Source: Macrostomum lignano
Taxonomy: Eukaryota
NCBI GenBank assembly: GCA_002269645.1
Contig: NIVC01000023.1
Location: forward strand, 1,240,001 to 1,304,000
DNA: 64,000 nucleotides
Direction: 5' to 3'
Each line of letters opens with the position of its first letter. Positions within the stretch are counted from its first letter, which is position 1. The notes under the pieces were generated by a model, which was not told where the DNA came from, searched no databases, and saw nothing but the letters and a program-made list of their open reading frames with translations. Positions 38,301-51,289 of this stretch are shown here, one piece after another. Made by a program: the position numbers and the translations under genes.

Positions 38301-40023
38301 CCCGGAACCCGCCCTGTGTAATGGGCGCGCTTTCTCTCGATCTGAAGTCTTTTAGTTCTTCTCTGTTTTTCTTGCATTTTAGTATAGTCAAACAGTCCCC
38401 TATACACACCTGTATTCTATTTAAAATCCGTATTTTAAAAAATTATTCGGATAATCTATTTTCAACATACCATTCCCACAATACTACTTATGAGTAGAAA
38501 TATTCATTTTCTAGAGTGCTAATTATTAAACTTTTTTGTTACTTTTTTGTATGTACTTTAGCGTCAGAACTGTGCTGGAGCCTGAATTGGAATTTTGGCA
38601 TCGACGGTTGAAGTAAGTTATAAGGGAGAAGAAGCGATGAAGTCTAAACAATGAGACTGCGTTTATTGTGGTGTACATGTGCAGAGTGATTATTAAGTGA
38701 TGAAATAAATCAATACTTTTTAATCAGTGTTTAATTTTTATGCTAGTAGCGCTAATTTCTTTGCTGTATTGTTTTTATTAATTAGTATAAATGTATAATC
38801 TAACAGGTGGTGGATGCTCTGCGATATAATTGCTACTAAACGCAAGAATTTTTATAGGCATTTTTCGTTTTAAAAATCTATTTTATAGCTTAGTCAAATG
38901 ATAGATGGTGTATTGGTGAGGACCTATATTATCAGCAAATTTTATACTCTGAAAGATAATACGCTTAACAGATACCGTTGTCTGACAATTTAATGGCATG
39001 TTATCAACACTTTTATTGGTATCAGTATCCAATTTTCAATAATTAAGAACAGTAATTTATTGAAAGTATACATTCTTGGTTGAATGAACAAGATAAGCTA
39101 AGCCTAGCATCTGAAAGTTACAAGGTTACGAGGTCAAGTTACGAGGTATGTCTACGCACTAAATATTTTAGTTTGAAATTGCGTAGCGAAAAAAGTTCAA
39201 AGAAAGTACAGAGCAGAGTGTACAGAGCACAGAACAGAGCTTACAGTAGAGAACAGACTGTACAGAACTGAACAAACGGAGTGTACAGAACTTCGCAGTG
39301 AACAGAGCGTACAGAACAGAACAAACGGAGTGTACAGAACTGCGTAGAGAACAGAACAAACGGAGTGTACAGAACTTCGCAGTGAACAGAGCGTACAGAA
39401 CAGAACAAACGGAGTGTACAGAACTTCGCAGTGAACAGAGCGTACAGAACAGAACAAACGGAGTGTACAGAACTTCGCAGTGAACAGAGCGTACAGAACA
39501 GAACAAACGGAGTGTACAGAACTTCGCAGTGAACAGAGCGTACAGAACAGAACAAACGGAGTGTACAGAACTGCGCAGTGAACAGAGCGTACAGAACAGA
39601 ACAAACGGAGTGTACAGAACTGCGCAGTGAACAGAGCGTACAGAACTGAACAGAGCTTGCAGAAAATACGATTATCTTACATCTTAAATAGATTTCCATC
39701 TCTGTCACCATTTTCGAATCAGAGGCCAGCAGCAGGAGCAATCGGCATCTGCTGGAGGAGCCTCCGTCGCCGCTCTATCCGCCAAATTCGGCGGCGGCGG
39801 AGAAAAGTGCAGTCGCTGCCAGTCAACCGTGTACTTTAACGAACGCGTGCAAGCCAGCGGCCGGGTGTTTCATCGAAGCTGCTTCAAGTGCGCCGACTGC
39901 GGCAAGCCGCTTGAAGCCGGCGGAGAGTCCGAGCACAAAGGCGAAGTCTACTGCCGCGGCTGCTATGCTAGGAGCTACGGGACTAAGGGCTTTGTGGCTG
40001 GCAGCTCAATGCACGTGTCCTGA
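35324..40023 (+). CDS. CSRP: Cysteine and glycine-rich protein / muscle LIM protein (two LIM domains), 185-207 aa depending on cassette exons
   Basis: Exons 35324-35435, 35521-35665, optional 37421-37435 and 38562-38612, and 39723-40023; phases consistent. LIM1 CPVC...HKLCLKCSSC...YCRVC followed by [18 protein letters not shown]; LIM2 CSRC...[11 protein letters not shown]...[15 protein letters not shown]. Confidence 0.92.
35805..37310. repeat. Minisatellite in CSRP intron, 28-bp unit (gttgctgggccagcctcccagatcctca), about 53 copies
   Basis: Tandem periodicity; a gagtgtca variant dominates the 3' third. Confidence 0.97.
37715..38040 (+). mobile_element. SINE family 2 (CORE-like), intronic in CSRP
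   Basis: A box tagcctagtagttagagc, B box ggttcgattcc, CORE-like block, tail gttattatta; matches the reverse complement of 5766-6110. Confidence 0.85.
39240..39660. repeat. Minisatellite in last CSRP intron, 49-bp unit, about 8 copies
   Basis: Unit acagaacagaacaaacggagtgtacagaacttcgcagtgaacagagcgt. Confidence 0.94.
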
Positions 40024-40369
40024 GCTGGTTTGAGACCTGTGCTCAGACACCAAAGATACAATAATAGACTGAGTGGCACTATTTGTGCGTTAAACCATTT
40101 ATATCCCTCGTTAAATAGCCGTGGCCACGACCTCTGTGCATCTTTTTGACTACTTGGTTCTTTTTATTAATTTTATATTATGTTTTTGTTGTCTTGAATC
40201 ACGACTAAAGTCAGTTAAGTATTGTCTTGACATAGTTTTAATGGCACTTAATATTATGCATTTAATTATAATAAATTCTATGAAATGCATATAGTTTTGG
40301 ACGATTTTAAAGTAGTTCCTAGTAAACAATCACCATTTAGTTGCCTAGTATGAATAAGTCATTAACAAC

Positions 40370-42300
40370 CGAGCCAATCAAAGCCACTGCCATAGAACTG
40401 CACTCGGCCATAGACAATAAAAACAATCAAAGCCACTGCCACAGAACTGCACTCGGCCATAGACAATAAAAACAACCAAAGCCACTGCCACAGAACTGCA
40501 CTCGGCCATAGACAATAAAAACAACCAAAGCCACTGCCACAGAACTGCACTCGGCCATAGACAATAAGAACAATCAAAGCCACTGCCACAGAACTGCACT
40601 CGGCCATAGACAATAAAAACAATCAAAGCCACTGCCACAGAACTGCACTCGGCCATAGACAATAAAGCCAATCAATCAAAGCCACTGCCACAGAACTGCA
40701 CTCGGCCATAGACAATAAAAACAACCAAAGCCACTGCCACAGAACTGCACTCGGCCATAGACAATAAAAACAACCAAAGCCACTGCCACAGAACTGCACT
40801 CGGCCATAGACAATAAGAACAATCAAAGCCACTGCCACAGAACTGCACTCGGCCATAGACAATAAAAACAACCAAAGCCACTGCCACAGAACTGCACTCG
40901 GCCATAGACAATAAGAACAATCCAAGCCACCGCCACAGAACTGCACTCGGCCATAGACAATAAAAACAACCAAAGCCACTGCCACAGAACTGCACTCGGC
41001 CATAGACAATAAAAACAACCAAAGCCACTGCCACAGAACTGCACTCGGCCATAGACAATAAGAACAATCAAAGCCACTGCCACAGAACTGCACTCGGCCA
41101 TAGACAATAAAAACAACCAAAGCCACTGCCACAGAACTGCACTCGGCCATAGACAATAAGAACAATCAAAGCCACTGCCACAGAACTGCACTCGGCCATA
41201 GACAATAAAAACAACCAAAGCCACTGCCACAGAACTGCACTCGGCCATAGACAATAAGAACAATCAAAGCCACTGCCACAGAACTGCACTCGGCCATAGA
41301 CAATAAAAACAACCAAAGCCACTGCCACAGAACTGCACTCGGCCATAGACAATAAGAACAATCAAAGCCACTGCCACAGAACTGCACTCGGCCATAGACA
41401 ATAAGAACAATCAAAGCCACTGCCACAGAACTGCACTCGGCCATAGACAAAAAAGCCAATCAATCAAAGCCACTGCCGCAGAACTGCACTCGGCCATAGA
41501 CAATAAGAACAATCAAAGCCACTGCCACAGAACTGCACTCGGCCATAGACAATAAGAACAATCAAAGCCACTGCCACAGAACTGCACTCGGCCATAGACA
41601 ATAAGAACAATCAAAGCCACTGCCACAGAACTGCACTCGGCCATAGACAATAAAAACAACCAAAGCCACTGCCACAGAACTGCACTCGGCCATAGACAAT
41701 AAGAACAATCAAAGCCACTGCCACAGAACTGCACTCGGCCATAGACAATAAAAACAACCAAAGCCACTGCCACAGAACTGCACTCGGCCATAGACAATAA
41801 GAACAATCAAAGCCACTGCCACAGAACTGCACTCGGCCATAGACAATAAGAACAATCAAAGCCACTGCCACAGAACTGCACTCGGCCATAGACAAAAAAG
41901 CCAATCAATCAAAGCCACTGCCGCAGAACTGCACTCGGCCATAGACAATAAGAACAATCAAAGCCACTGCCACAGAACTGCACTCGGCCATAGACAATAA
42001 AAACAACCAAAGCCACTGCCACAGAACTGCACTCGGCCATAGACAATAAAAACAACCAAAGCCACTGCCACAGAACTGCACTCGGCCATAGACAATAAGA
42101 ACAATCAAAGCCACTGCCACAGAACTGCACTCGGCCATAGACAATAAAGCCAATCAATCAAAGCCACTGCCGCAGAACTGCACTCGGCCATAGACAATAA
42201 AAACAACCAAAGCCACTGCCACAGAACTGCACTCGGCCATAGACAATAAAAACAATCTAAGCCACTGCCACAGAACTGCTCTCGGCCATAGACAATAAAG
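40370..42300. repeat. Minisatellite, 49-bp unit (aaagccactgccacagaactgcactcggccatagacaataaaaacaacc), about 39 copies
   Basis: Head-to-tail units with no unique spacers. Confidence 0.97.
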
Positions 42301-42994
42301 CCAATTAAAAGACAATTAAGTAAAGAATTTTAAAGCAAGCATTCTGGCTACATAACTTCATTTTTGGACTTTTAGCAGAATTTTAATGGAATTATCCATT
42401 TGATCCCCTCGGAAAAAAACTTCAAAAATAAAATTAGCACAAAGTTGTTTTTACTTACCCTGTTGTTTTGAAACTTTCTAATCAGTAAAAAGTAATTCAC
42501 GGCACTTTTATATTGATAGCCGATATTTACTTTTATCTAGCATCTGATAAGCATATAATTATTTTTCTACTTTTCAGTAGTCTATTTAGCGCATAGTTGT
42601 ATTTTTATCCAATGCATTATCTTATTGTTGTTTCCGTTTTGGATTATTATTCGTTTTAATTATTTGCATTGTAATATTAATTTAATACTTTAATCTATTT
42701 TCATTTCTATGATTTTTATGTAACGGAGACTTCGAATTCTATTTTATTACGTCAATCGTGCTTGATGCTAAATATTTTTTACTTTTAGTAGTACCCTGTT
42801 TTAACCATTTTCTAGACTTATTTTAATAAGTGCCAGGTCTCTTCTAGTTTGTATAACAATTTATCGGTTTTTTAAACTAATTTAAATAATAAGGTCGTCA
42901 TTCTTGCTCAAATTCTGTTTCGTTCCATATTTTGGATTTATATTGGATTTGGCTGTCTCTTATCAAAAGAGTCAATACTGGCTTGTTAGTGTCA

Positions 42995-43405
42995 GTTGTC
43001 ACTGATCTCAGGTGTCACTGATGTCAGGTGTCACTGATGTCAGGTGTCACTGATGTCAGGTGTCACTGATGTCAGGTGTCACTGATGTCAGGTGTCACTG
43101 ATGTCAGGTGTCACTGATGTCAGGTGTCACTGATGTCAGGTGTCACTGATGTCAGGTGTCACTGATGTCAGGTGTCACTGATGTCAGGTGTCACTGATGT
43201 CAGGTGTCACTGATGTCAGGTGTCACTGATGTCAGGTGTCACTGATGTCAGGTGTCACTGATGTCAGGTGTCACTGATGTCAGGTGTCACTGATGTCAGG
43301 TGTCACTGATGTCAGGTGTCACTGATACCAGGTGTCACTGGTGTCAGGTGTCACTGATGTCAGGTGTCACTGATGTCAGGTGTCATTGATGCCAGTTGTC
43401 ACTGA
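42995..43405. repeat. Near-perfect 15-bp tandem repeat (gtcactgatgtcagg), about 27 copies
   Basis: Successive 60-nt lines are identical. Confidence 0.97.
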
Positions 43406-43682
43406 TTTATAGGGACGATTTTAATGTTTTTAAATAGCTAGTTTTTCATAAATTTTGCAATTCAAATTTGACTTTCTCTTGTCAGTTAGACGGAACATTC
43501 TGTCCTTATTTAAGTCATTCTTTTATATCCTTTATTTTTAATATACAGCCTCCAAATATGTTACAAACAAGCACAGAATTTAGTGCACTTTAATTTTTTT
43601 TGCTTTTTTTTCTATGGCTTGATTTTTTTACCATTAATTAGTTAAAACTGGTTGCTGTATTTGTGTTCACAGCCAGGAATTT

Positions 43683-44690
43683 AAAATTCCCTACAATTCA
43701 CTTCGCTCCCTTCATTCTCCCTACAATTCACTTCGCTCTCTTCATTCTCCCTACAATTCACTTCGCTCCCTTCATTCTCCCTACAATTCACTTTGCTCCC
43801 TTCATTCTCCCTAAAATTCACTCCACTCCCTTCATTCTCCCTACAATTCATTTTTCTCCCTTCATTCTCCCTACAATTCACTTTGCTCCCTTCATTCTCC
43901 CTACAATTCACTTTGCTCCCTTCATTCTCCCTAAAATTCACTTTGCTCCCTTCATTCTCCCTACAATTCACTTTGCTCCCTTCATTCTCCCTAAAATTCA
44001 CTTTGCTCCCTTCATTCTCCCTAAAATTCACTTTGCTCCCTTCATTCTCCCTACAATTCACTTTGCTCCCTTCATTCTCCCTAAAATTCACTTTGCTCCC
44101 TTCATTCTCCCTACAATTCACTTTGCTCCCTTCATTCTCCCTAAAATTCACTTTGCTCCCTTCATTCTCCCTAAAATTCACTTTGCTCCCTTCATTCTCC
44201 CTACAATTCACTCCACTCCCTTCATTCTCCCTAAAATTCACTTTGCTCCCTTCATTCTCCCTACAATTCACTTGCTCCCTTCATTCTCCCTACAATTCAC
44301 TTGCTCCCTTCATTCTCTTCATACAATTTACTTCACTCCATTCTCCCTACAATTCATTTTTCTCCCTTCATTCTCCCTACAATTCACTCCACTCCCTTCA
44401 TTCTCCCTACAATTCACTTGCTCCCTTCATTCTCCCTACAATTCACTTTGCTCCCTTCATTCTCCCTACAATTCACTTGCTCCCTTCATTCTCCCTACAA
44501 TTTACTTCACTCCATTCTCCCTACAATTCACTCCACTCCCTTCATTCTCCCTACAATTCACTTTGCTCCCTTCATTCTCCCTACAATTCACTTTGCTCCC
44601 TTCATTCTCCCTACAATTCACTTGCTCCCTTCATTCTCCCTACAATTCATCTCACTCCCTTTACTTTCACTACAATTCACCTGGCTTCGT
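43683..44690. repeat. Minisatellite, 30-bp unit (ttcattctccctacaattcactttgctccc)
   Basis: Tandem periodicity, decaying toward the 3' end. Confidence 0.96.
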
Positions 44691-45231
44691 TCATTCTCCG
44701 ATTTCAGGTACTCTTATTATAGTTGAGCTTCCATTTTCTTATTGCCAACTGGTTCAATAATTCAGTGCAAACTGAATCAACACTGCCAAAAATATCGAAT
44801 TTGGGAACTCCAAAACCTGTTTGCTTCTAGCTTGTAATGCATTGCATTAACAGATTAGCACTTGTGCAAACTGTGTGCTGGTATATTTAGCAACAAGACA
44901 AACCTTGCGTGGGCGTGTCTGAGAACTTTTACCTTCAATCGGTTCTAACTTTGTAGTAAAGTGTGTTGAAGTGGCTTCGGTCGGTAATGCAACACGATTA
45001 GCTACCGCCCACGCTAGCAGCCCCAGTAGGTCGAATGGACATTTTTGTATTGTATTCAACCTTTGTATCCAAGTGAAGCCAATTTTAATGGAAGATGAGA
45101 GTGTTAGCACTTAGCAAAATAAATACCAAGATATGAGACACTTGTCATGAGTTAATTGGGGACAAGCTTTTATTTAAGTAGTGAATCTAATTGCAATCGC
45201 AATTTTATGCGACATGAAATTCTCGAACAGC

Positions 45232-46150
45232 CTCAATTCGACAGCCCCAATTTGACAGCCTCGCTTTGACAGCCACAGTTTGACTGTCCCAATTTGACAG
45301 CCACAATTTGACTGTCCCAATTTGACTGTCCCAATTTGACAGCCACAATTTGACTGTCCCAATTTGACTGTCCCAATTTGACAGCCACAATTTGACTGTC
45401 CCAATTTGACTGTCCCAATTTGACAGCCACAATTTGACTGTCCCAATTTGACAGCCACAATTTGACAGCCCGAATTTGACAGCCACAATTTGACAGCCCG
45501 AATTTGACAGCCACAATTTGACTGTCCCAATTTGACAGCCTCACTTTGACAGCCCGAATTTGACAGCCTCACTTTGACAGCCCGAATTTGACAGCCTCAC
45601 TTTGACAGCCCGAATTTGACAGCCCCAATTTGACAGCCATAATTTGACAGTCCCAATTTGACAGCCTCACTTTGACAGCCACAATTTGACAGCCTCACTT
45701 TGACAGCCACAGTTTGACAGCCACAATTTGACAGCCCCAATTTGACAGCCCGAATTTGACAGCCTCAGTTTGACAGCCAGAATTAGACTGTCCCAATTTG
45801 ACAGCCACAATTTGACAGTCCCAATTTGACAGCCTCACTTTGACAGCCACAATTTGACAGCCACAATTTGACAGCCACAATTTGACAGCCTCAGTTTGAC
45901 AGCCAGAATTGGACTGTCCCAATTTGACAGCCACAATTTGACAGTCCCAATTTGACAGCCTCACTTTGACAGCCACAATTTGACAGCCACAATTTGACAG
46001 CCACAATTTGACAGCCCCAATTTGACAGCCTCAGTTTGACAGCCAGAATTAGACTGTCTCAATTTGACAGCCTCAATTTGACAGCCACAATTTGACAGCC
46101 ACAATTTGACAGCCTCAATTCGACTTCCACAGTTTGACAGACATAATTTG
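45232..46150. repeat. Minisatellite, 14-bp unit (tttgacagccacaa and variants)
   Basis: Tandem periodicity. Confidence 0.95.
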
Positions 46151-46614
46151 ACTTGCGAATTCGTGTCTGCAAATTTACATGATTAACTGCCGCATGTTCT
46201 CAGGATCATACTGCTATATTCATATATGTACTGTAGGTCACTCGCCGATCAGTCTCAACCATGCTGTCTGTACACAGCGCAGATGCTTGCCGGAATGCCG
46301 GGGTCAGAGCGTCACGCGGGCTCCCACACGGCGCAGCGCTCATCATCCAGTCCCAAAAGAGAGAAGTCTTGAAAATTCCAGTGTTGAACGATTCCTATGC
46401 ATTATAACGCAAAAATATATTCTCCTCGAAGGCAAGAATTATACATTTATTATTTTTATTATTTGAAGTAAACCTTTAAAAATTCAGAAAGCGCCCGAAA
46501 AATCTGGACATCAAAAATTAAGTTTCCACACTAAAGTTCATGCAGGTTAGTCAACAATGTACACCTATTGTCCCAAGTAGGATTTCATTAAACCTCCAAT
46601 GCTTAATGGAAACA

Positions 46615-46862
46615 CTACCCCAGCCTCTCAGATCCTCGTTGCTGGGCCAGCCTCCCAGATCCTCATTCCTCAGTTGCTGGGCCAACCTCCCCTAGATCCT
46701 CATTCCTCAGTTGCGGGGCCAGCCTCACCTAGATCCTCATTCCTCAGTTGCTGGGCCAGCCTCCCCTAGATCCTCATTCCTCAGTTGCTGGGCCAGCCTC
46801 CCCTAGATCCTCATTCCTCAGTTGCTGGGCCAGCCTCCCAGATCCTCAGTTGCTGGGCCACT
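46615..46862. repeat. Minisatellite, about 37-bp unit, related to the 28-bp CSRP intron array
   Basis: Shares cagttgctgggccagcctccc and adds ctagatcctcattcct. Confidence 0.9.
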
Positions 46863-47384
46863 GCCACTGTTTTAAAGCGTCATATTTAATGAGCACTTGC
46901 AAAATTTATGCAGCAGCAAAACATTTGGAACACAGGTAAATTCTGTGTCGTATCAATATACTATCCAGCTGTGGCCTGGATATTTGCTTGGCAGCCGGCA
47001 TCGCTAATTGATGCTCTCGCCCATGGCGAAGAAACAATGACGCTGCTCTGTCCCGCATTAAAACTAATTGCTGCATAAAAACCGCGAGTTACCGGGCTTG
47101 TGCGCTTGGATTAACTGCTGGTTTGTTGCTCAGTAAAACAATATCACCCTATGTCTGACATCAAACAGCTAGTTAGGCACAATTCTGTAATTATCAATTA
47201 AAACCGACGGAGAAAATGAGGCCCATCGGCTAACTTTTTGTTCGTTTTTTTTAAAGTACAATATTTGTCCTTTTGATCGGGTTTCGGTACATCCATGTAC
47301 CAGCTGGTGTGCATTCTGGGTGACGAACCTGATGTCTATAAGTTGCATCAATCTATTTTAGACCGCAACTTTTGTGACTTCTCA

Positions 47385-48328
47385 GTCACTTGAGCCCCTA
47401 TCATTTCAGTCCCAGTCACTCACAACCCCAGTCACTCACAATCTCACACAATCCTCAAAATCGCTCACAATCCCAGCCCCAGTCACTCACAGTTTCAGTC
47501 AGACAGTCCCAGTAACTTACAATCCCATACACTCACAATCCCCGTCACTCACAATCCCAGTCACTCACAATCCCATTCACTCAAAACCCCTGTCACTCAC
47601 AGTCCCAGTCACTCACAACCCCAGTCACTCACAATCTCACACAATTCTCAAAATCGCTCACAATCCCAGCCCCAGTCACTCACAATCTCACACAATCCTC
47701 AAAATCGCTCACAATCCCAGCCACAGTCACTCACAGTCAGTCAGACAGTCCAATCACTCACAGTCCCAGTCACTCACAATCCCAGTCACTCACAATCTCA
47801 GTCACTCACAATCTCAGTCACTCACAATCTCAGTCACTCACAATCTCAGTCACTCACAATCCCAGTCACTCACAATCTCAGTCACTCACAATCTCAGTCA
47901 CTCACAATCTCAGTCACTCACAATCCCAGTCACTCACAATCTCAGTCACTCACAATCTCAGTCACTCACAATCCCAGTCGCTTACAGTCCCAGTCACTCA
48001 CAATCTCAGTCACTCACAATCTCAGTCACTCACAATCCCAGTCGCTTACAGTCCCAGTCACTCACAATCCCAGTCACTCACAATCCCAGTCACTCACAAT
48101 CCCAGTCACTCACAATCCCAGTCACTCACAATCTCAGTCACTCACAATCCCAGTCACTCACAATCCCAGTCGCTTACAGTCCTAGTCACTCACAATCCCA
48201 GTCACTCACAATCCCAGTCACTCACAATCCCAGTCACTCACAATCCCAGTCACTCACAATCCCAGTCACTCACAATCCCAGTCACTCACAATCCCAGTCA
48301 CTCACAATCCCAGTCACTCACAATCCAT
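47385..48328. repeat. Minisatellite, 16-bp unit (cagtcactcacaatcc)
   Basis: Tandem periodicity; diverged at the 5' end, homogeneous at the 3' end. Confidence 0.95.
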
Positions 48329-48339
48329 AAACCCATTTC

Positions 48340-48455
48340 GATGACTTTCCTGAGCAGGCACACAAGCGCGCGGATACGTACGCAGTCATACGCACAGGTA
48401 AACACTCACACATGAGTGCACAGCGGCCCTAACTTCATTGCTTTATCGTTAAAGC
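48340..48455 (-). mobile_element. Partial SINE family 1 copy
   Basis: cctgagcaggcacacaagcgcgcggatacgtacgcagtcatacgcacagg matches the joined halves of the split copy at 5.7/6.2 kb. Confidence 0.75.
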
Positions 48456-49251
48456 ATGTACAGTACATGTACATGTGAGCACGTAATCCGACAGAATCAT
48501 CTCAGCAAACTGGCTGTTTGTAGTGCACGCGAATTACTTTTTTAAAAACTGTAATACTTGAATCGGTTTCTTGACATAAGTAAAAATGCTTGAGTGAGTC
48601 ATTTTCTGACAGAGGAGGTACCTGGTACCATCTATGGAGAGACTTCAGTTAAAATATGTCGTATTAATTTGAAACTTCGATTGCCAACTCTAATCTTGAC
48701 CCCACACACCCTAACCGGCTTGCAAAAGCATCTGACGTCCCAGTACCTAAAGCCCCTGGTGCTGGCGACCCTGGTGCTAAAGGAGCACCCGGGACTAAAT
48801 TACGCACGTTATTTTGCGCTCATGAAGACCTGCATTGTCATTGATTCAGCCCAGCATGCCTCCGTCAGTCCAACCCCACTAACTGACCCTGGACAGACTC
48901 TTGTGGGAATTATTTTTAAAACGGGAAAGAGAGAATCAACCCGGGAGTCTATCTATGGCCAGGGCAGCTGTACTCCACCTGTAGCGCTGGCAGTCATATT
49001 TTATGACTCCTGACTCCCAGGCCCCTCGGCCAGGCCTGATACATTTGATCAATGCACCTTTGGCCCCATGGTCTAACCCCCCTCCATTTGATCTCAACTC
49101 CTGCGGAACTCTGCCCTAGGAATGAGGTCCAGTACCCCCCCCCCCCTATGTTGTTGGCAGGCTTAGGTTAACTGAAAATACGATTAATTAGTTACTGATT
49201 GTCCCGGGAGTTTAAATATAATTAGAAGATTTTAACTTTCCGAACTGCAAC

Positions 49252-50632
49252 TGTTCCTCTCTCTCCTCTCCTTCTCCTCTCCCTCCCTCTCCCTCTCTCC
49301 TCCTGTCCCTCTCCCTCTCTCCTTCTCCTGTCCCTCCCTCTCCCTCTCTCCTGTCCCTCTCCCTCTGTCCTTCTCCTGTCCCTCCCTCTCTCCTTCTCCT
49401 GTCCCTCCCTCTCTCCTTCTCCTGTCCCTCCCTCTCTCCTTCTCCTGTCCCTCCCTCTCTCCTTCTCCTGTCCCTCCCTCTCTCCTTCTCCTGTCCCTCC
49501 CTCTCCCTGTCTCCTTCTCCTGTCCCTCCCTCTCCCTCTGTCCTTCTCCTGTCCCTCCCTCTCCCTCTCTCCTGTCCCTCTCCCTCTCTCCTTCTCCTGT
49601 CCCTCCCTCTCCTCTCTCCTTCTCCTGTCCCTCCCTCTCTACTTCTCCTGTCCCTCTCCCTCTCTCCTCCTGTCCCTCTCCCTCTCTCCTTCTCCTGTCC
49701 CTCCCTCTCTCCTTTTCCTGTCCCTCCCTCTCTCCTTCTCCTGTCCCTCTCCCTCTCTCCTTCTCCTGTCCCTCCCTCTCTCCTTCTCCTGTCCCTCTCT
49801 CTCTCTCCTTCTGTCCCTCTCTCTCTCTCCTTCTCCTGTCCCTCCCTCTCTCCTTCTCCTGTCCCTCTCCCTCTCTCCTTCTCCTGTCCCTCCCTCTCTC
49901 CTTCTCCTGTCCCTCCCTCTCTCCTTCTCCTGTCCCTCCCTCTCCCTGTCTCCTTCTCCTGTCCCTCCCTCTCCCTCTCTCCTTCTCCTGTCCCTCCCTC
50001 TACCTCTCTCCTTCTCCTGTCCCTCCCTCTCCCTCTCTCCTTCTCCTGTCCCTCCTCTCCCTCTCTCCTTCTCCTGTCCCTCCCTCTCCCTCTCTCCTTC
50101 TCCTGTCCCTCCCTCTCCCTCTCTCCTTCTCCTGTCCCTCCCTCTCCCTCTCTCCTTCTCCTGTCCCTCCCTCTCCCTCTCTCCTTCTCCTGTCCCTCCC
50201 TCTCCCTCTCTCCTTCTCCTGTCCCTCCCTCTCCCTCTCTCCTTCTCCTGTCCCTCCCTCTCCCTCTCTCCTTCTGTCCCTCCCTCTCCCTCTCTCCCTC
50301 TCTCCTTCTGTCCCTCCCTCTCTACTTCTCCTGTCCCTCTCTCTCTCTCCTTCTCCTGTCCCTCCCTCTCTCCTTCTCCTGTCCCTCTCTCTCTCCTTCT
50401 CCTGTCCCTCCCTCTCTCCTTCTCCTGTCCCTCTCCCTCTCTCCTTCTCCTGTCCCTCCCTCTCTCCTTCTCCTGTCCCTCTCCCTCTCTCCTTCTGTCC
50501 CTCTCTCTCTCTCCTTCTCCTGTCCCTCCCTCTCTCCTTCTCCTGTCCCTCCCTCTCTCCTTCTCCTGTCCCTCCCTCTCCCTCTTTCCTTCTCCTGTCC
50601 CTCCCTCTCCCTCTCTCCTTCTCTCCTTCGTC
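49252..50632. repeat. CT-rich minisatellite (ctctccttctcctgtccctcc core)
   Basis: Polypyrimidine tandem repeat with 21-30-bp variants. Confidence 0.95.
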
Positions 50633-51289
50633 TCTTTTGTGCTTCGATAGGTAGCATATGAATGCTTTTCAGTAACAGACCGCCCCCCAACAAAACTCCG
50701 TTGCCAATAAACTGCAGCCTATTTTTAGCTCGTGACGAAATTGACCGATTTATGCTCGTCTATGCACTGTAAAACCACTCAGACCTAGAGTGCCTCATTG
50801 TGGATAAGCTGAGCTCTCAGTAATTACCAAAATTCATCAGTTTTACATTATTTCACACAAAGCAATACAACTTTATTCTTTTTCACAGAATGGTGAAGAC
50901 ATTTTCTTGAACATAGAAAGCGAGTTCTCAGCCGCGGAGTGGACCAGAGAAGTGAAGAAACGGAAAGAACTTATACTTTCACTCAACGTCCTCCTCGGGC
51001 ATTCACGAGTAGTACACCGTTTCACCGTTTTAGAAGTAGAGAGTGGGTTAGACGAGTAGAGAGCGGATTTAAAAAAGAGTAGAAAGCAGATTGATTGAGT
51101 AGAGAGCGGATTGGACAAATAGAGAGCTGATTTCAGCGAGAAGAGAGCGGATTTGACGAGTAGACACAAATTGGAAAAGTAGAAAGCGAATTTAAACAAA
51201 TCGAGAAAGAATTAGAGGAGTAAAGAGCCTATTTAAAATGAGTAAAGAGCCTATTTAAAATGAGTAAAGAGCGAATTTAAACGAGTAGA

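Noticed and set aside
38808-38875. Possible alternative terminal CSRP exon (ctaacag|G TGG TGG ATG...TAA)
   Set aside because: The acceptor is plausible but there is no further support; AT-rich intron sequence gives such frames by chance.
40370-42300. 49-bp repeats as a CRISPR array
   Set aside because: Units are head-to-tail with no unique spacers, there are no cas genes, and the context is eukaryotic.
48594-49013. 139-aa non-repetitive ORF
   Set aside because: TTG start, no homology recognised, and it overlaps repeat-seed and SINE-adjacent sequence.
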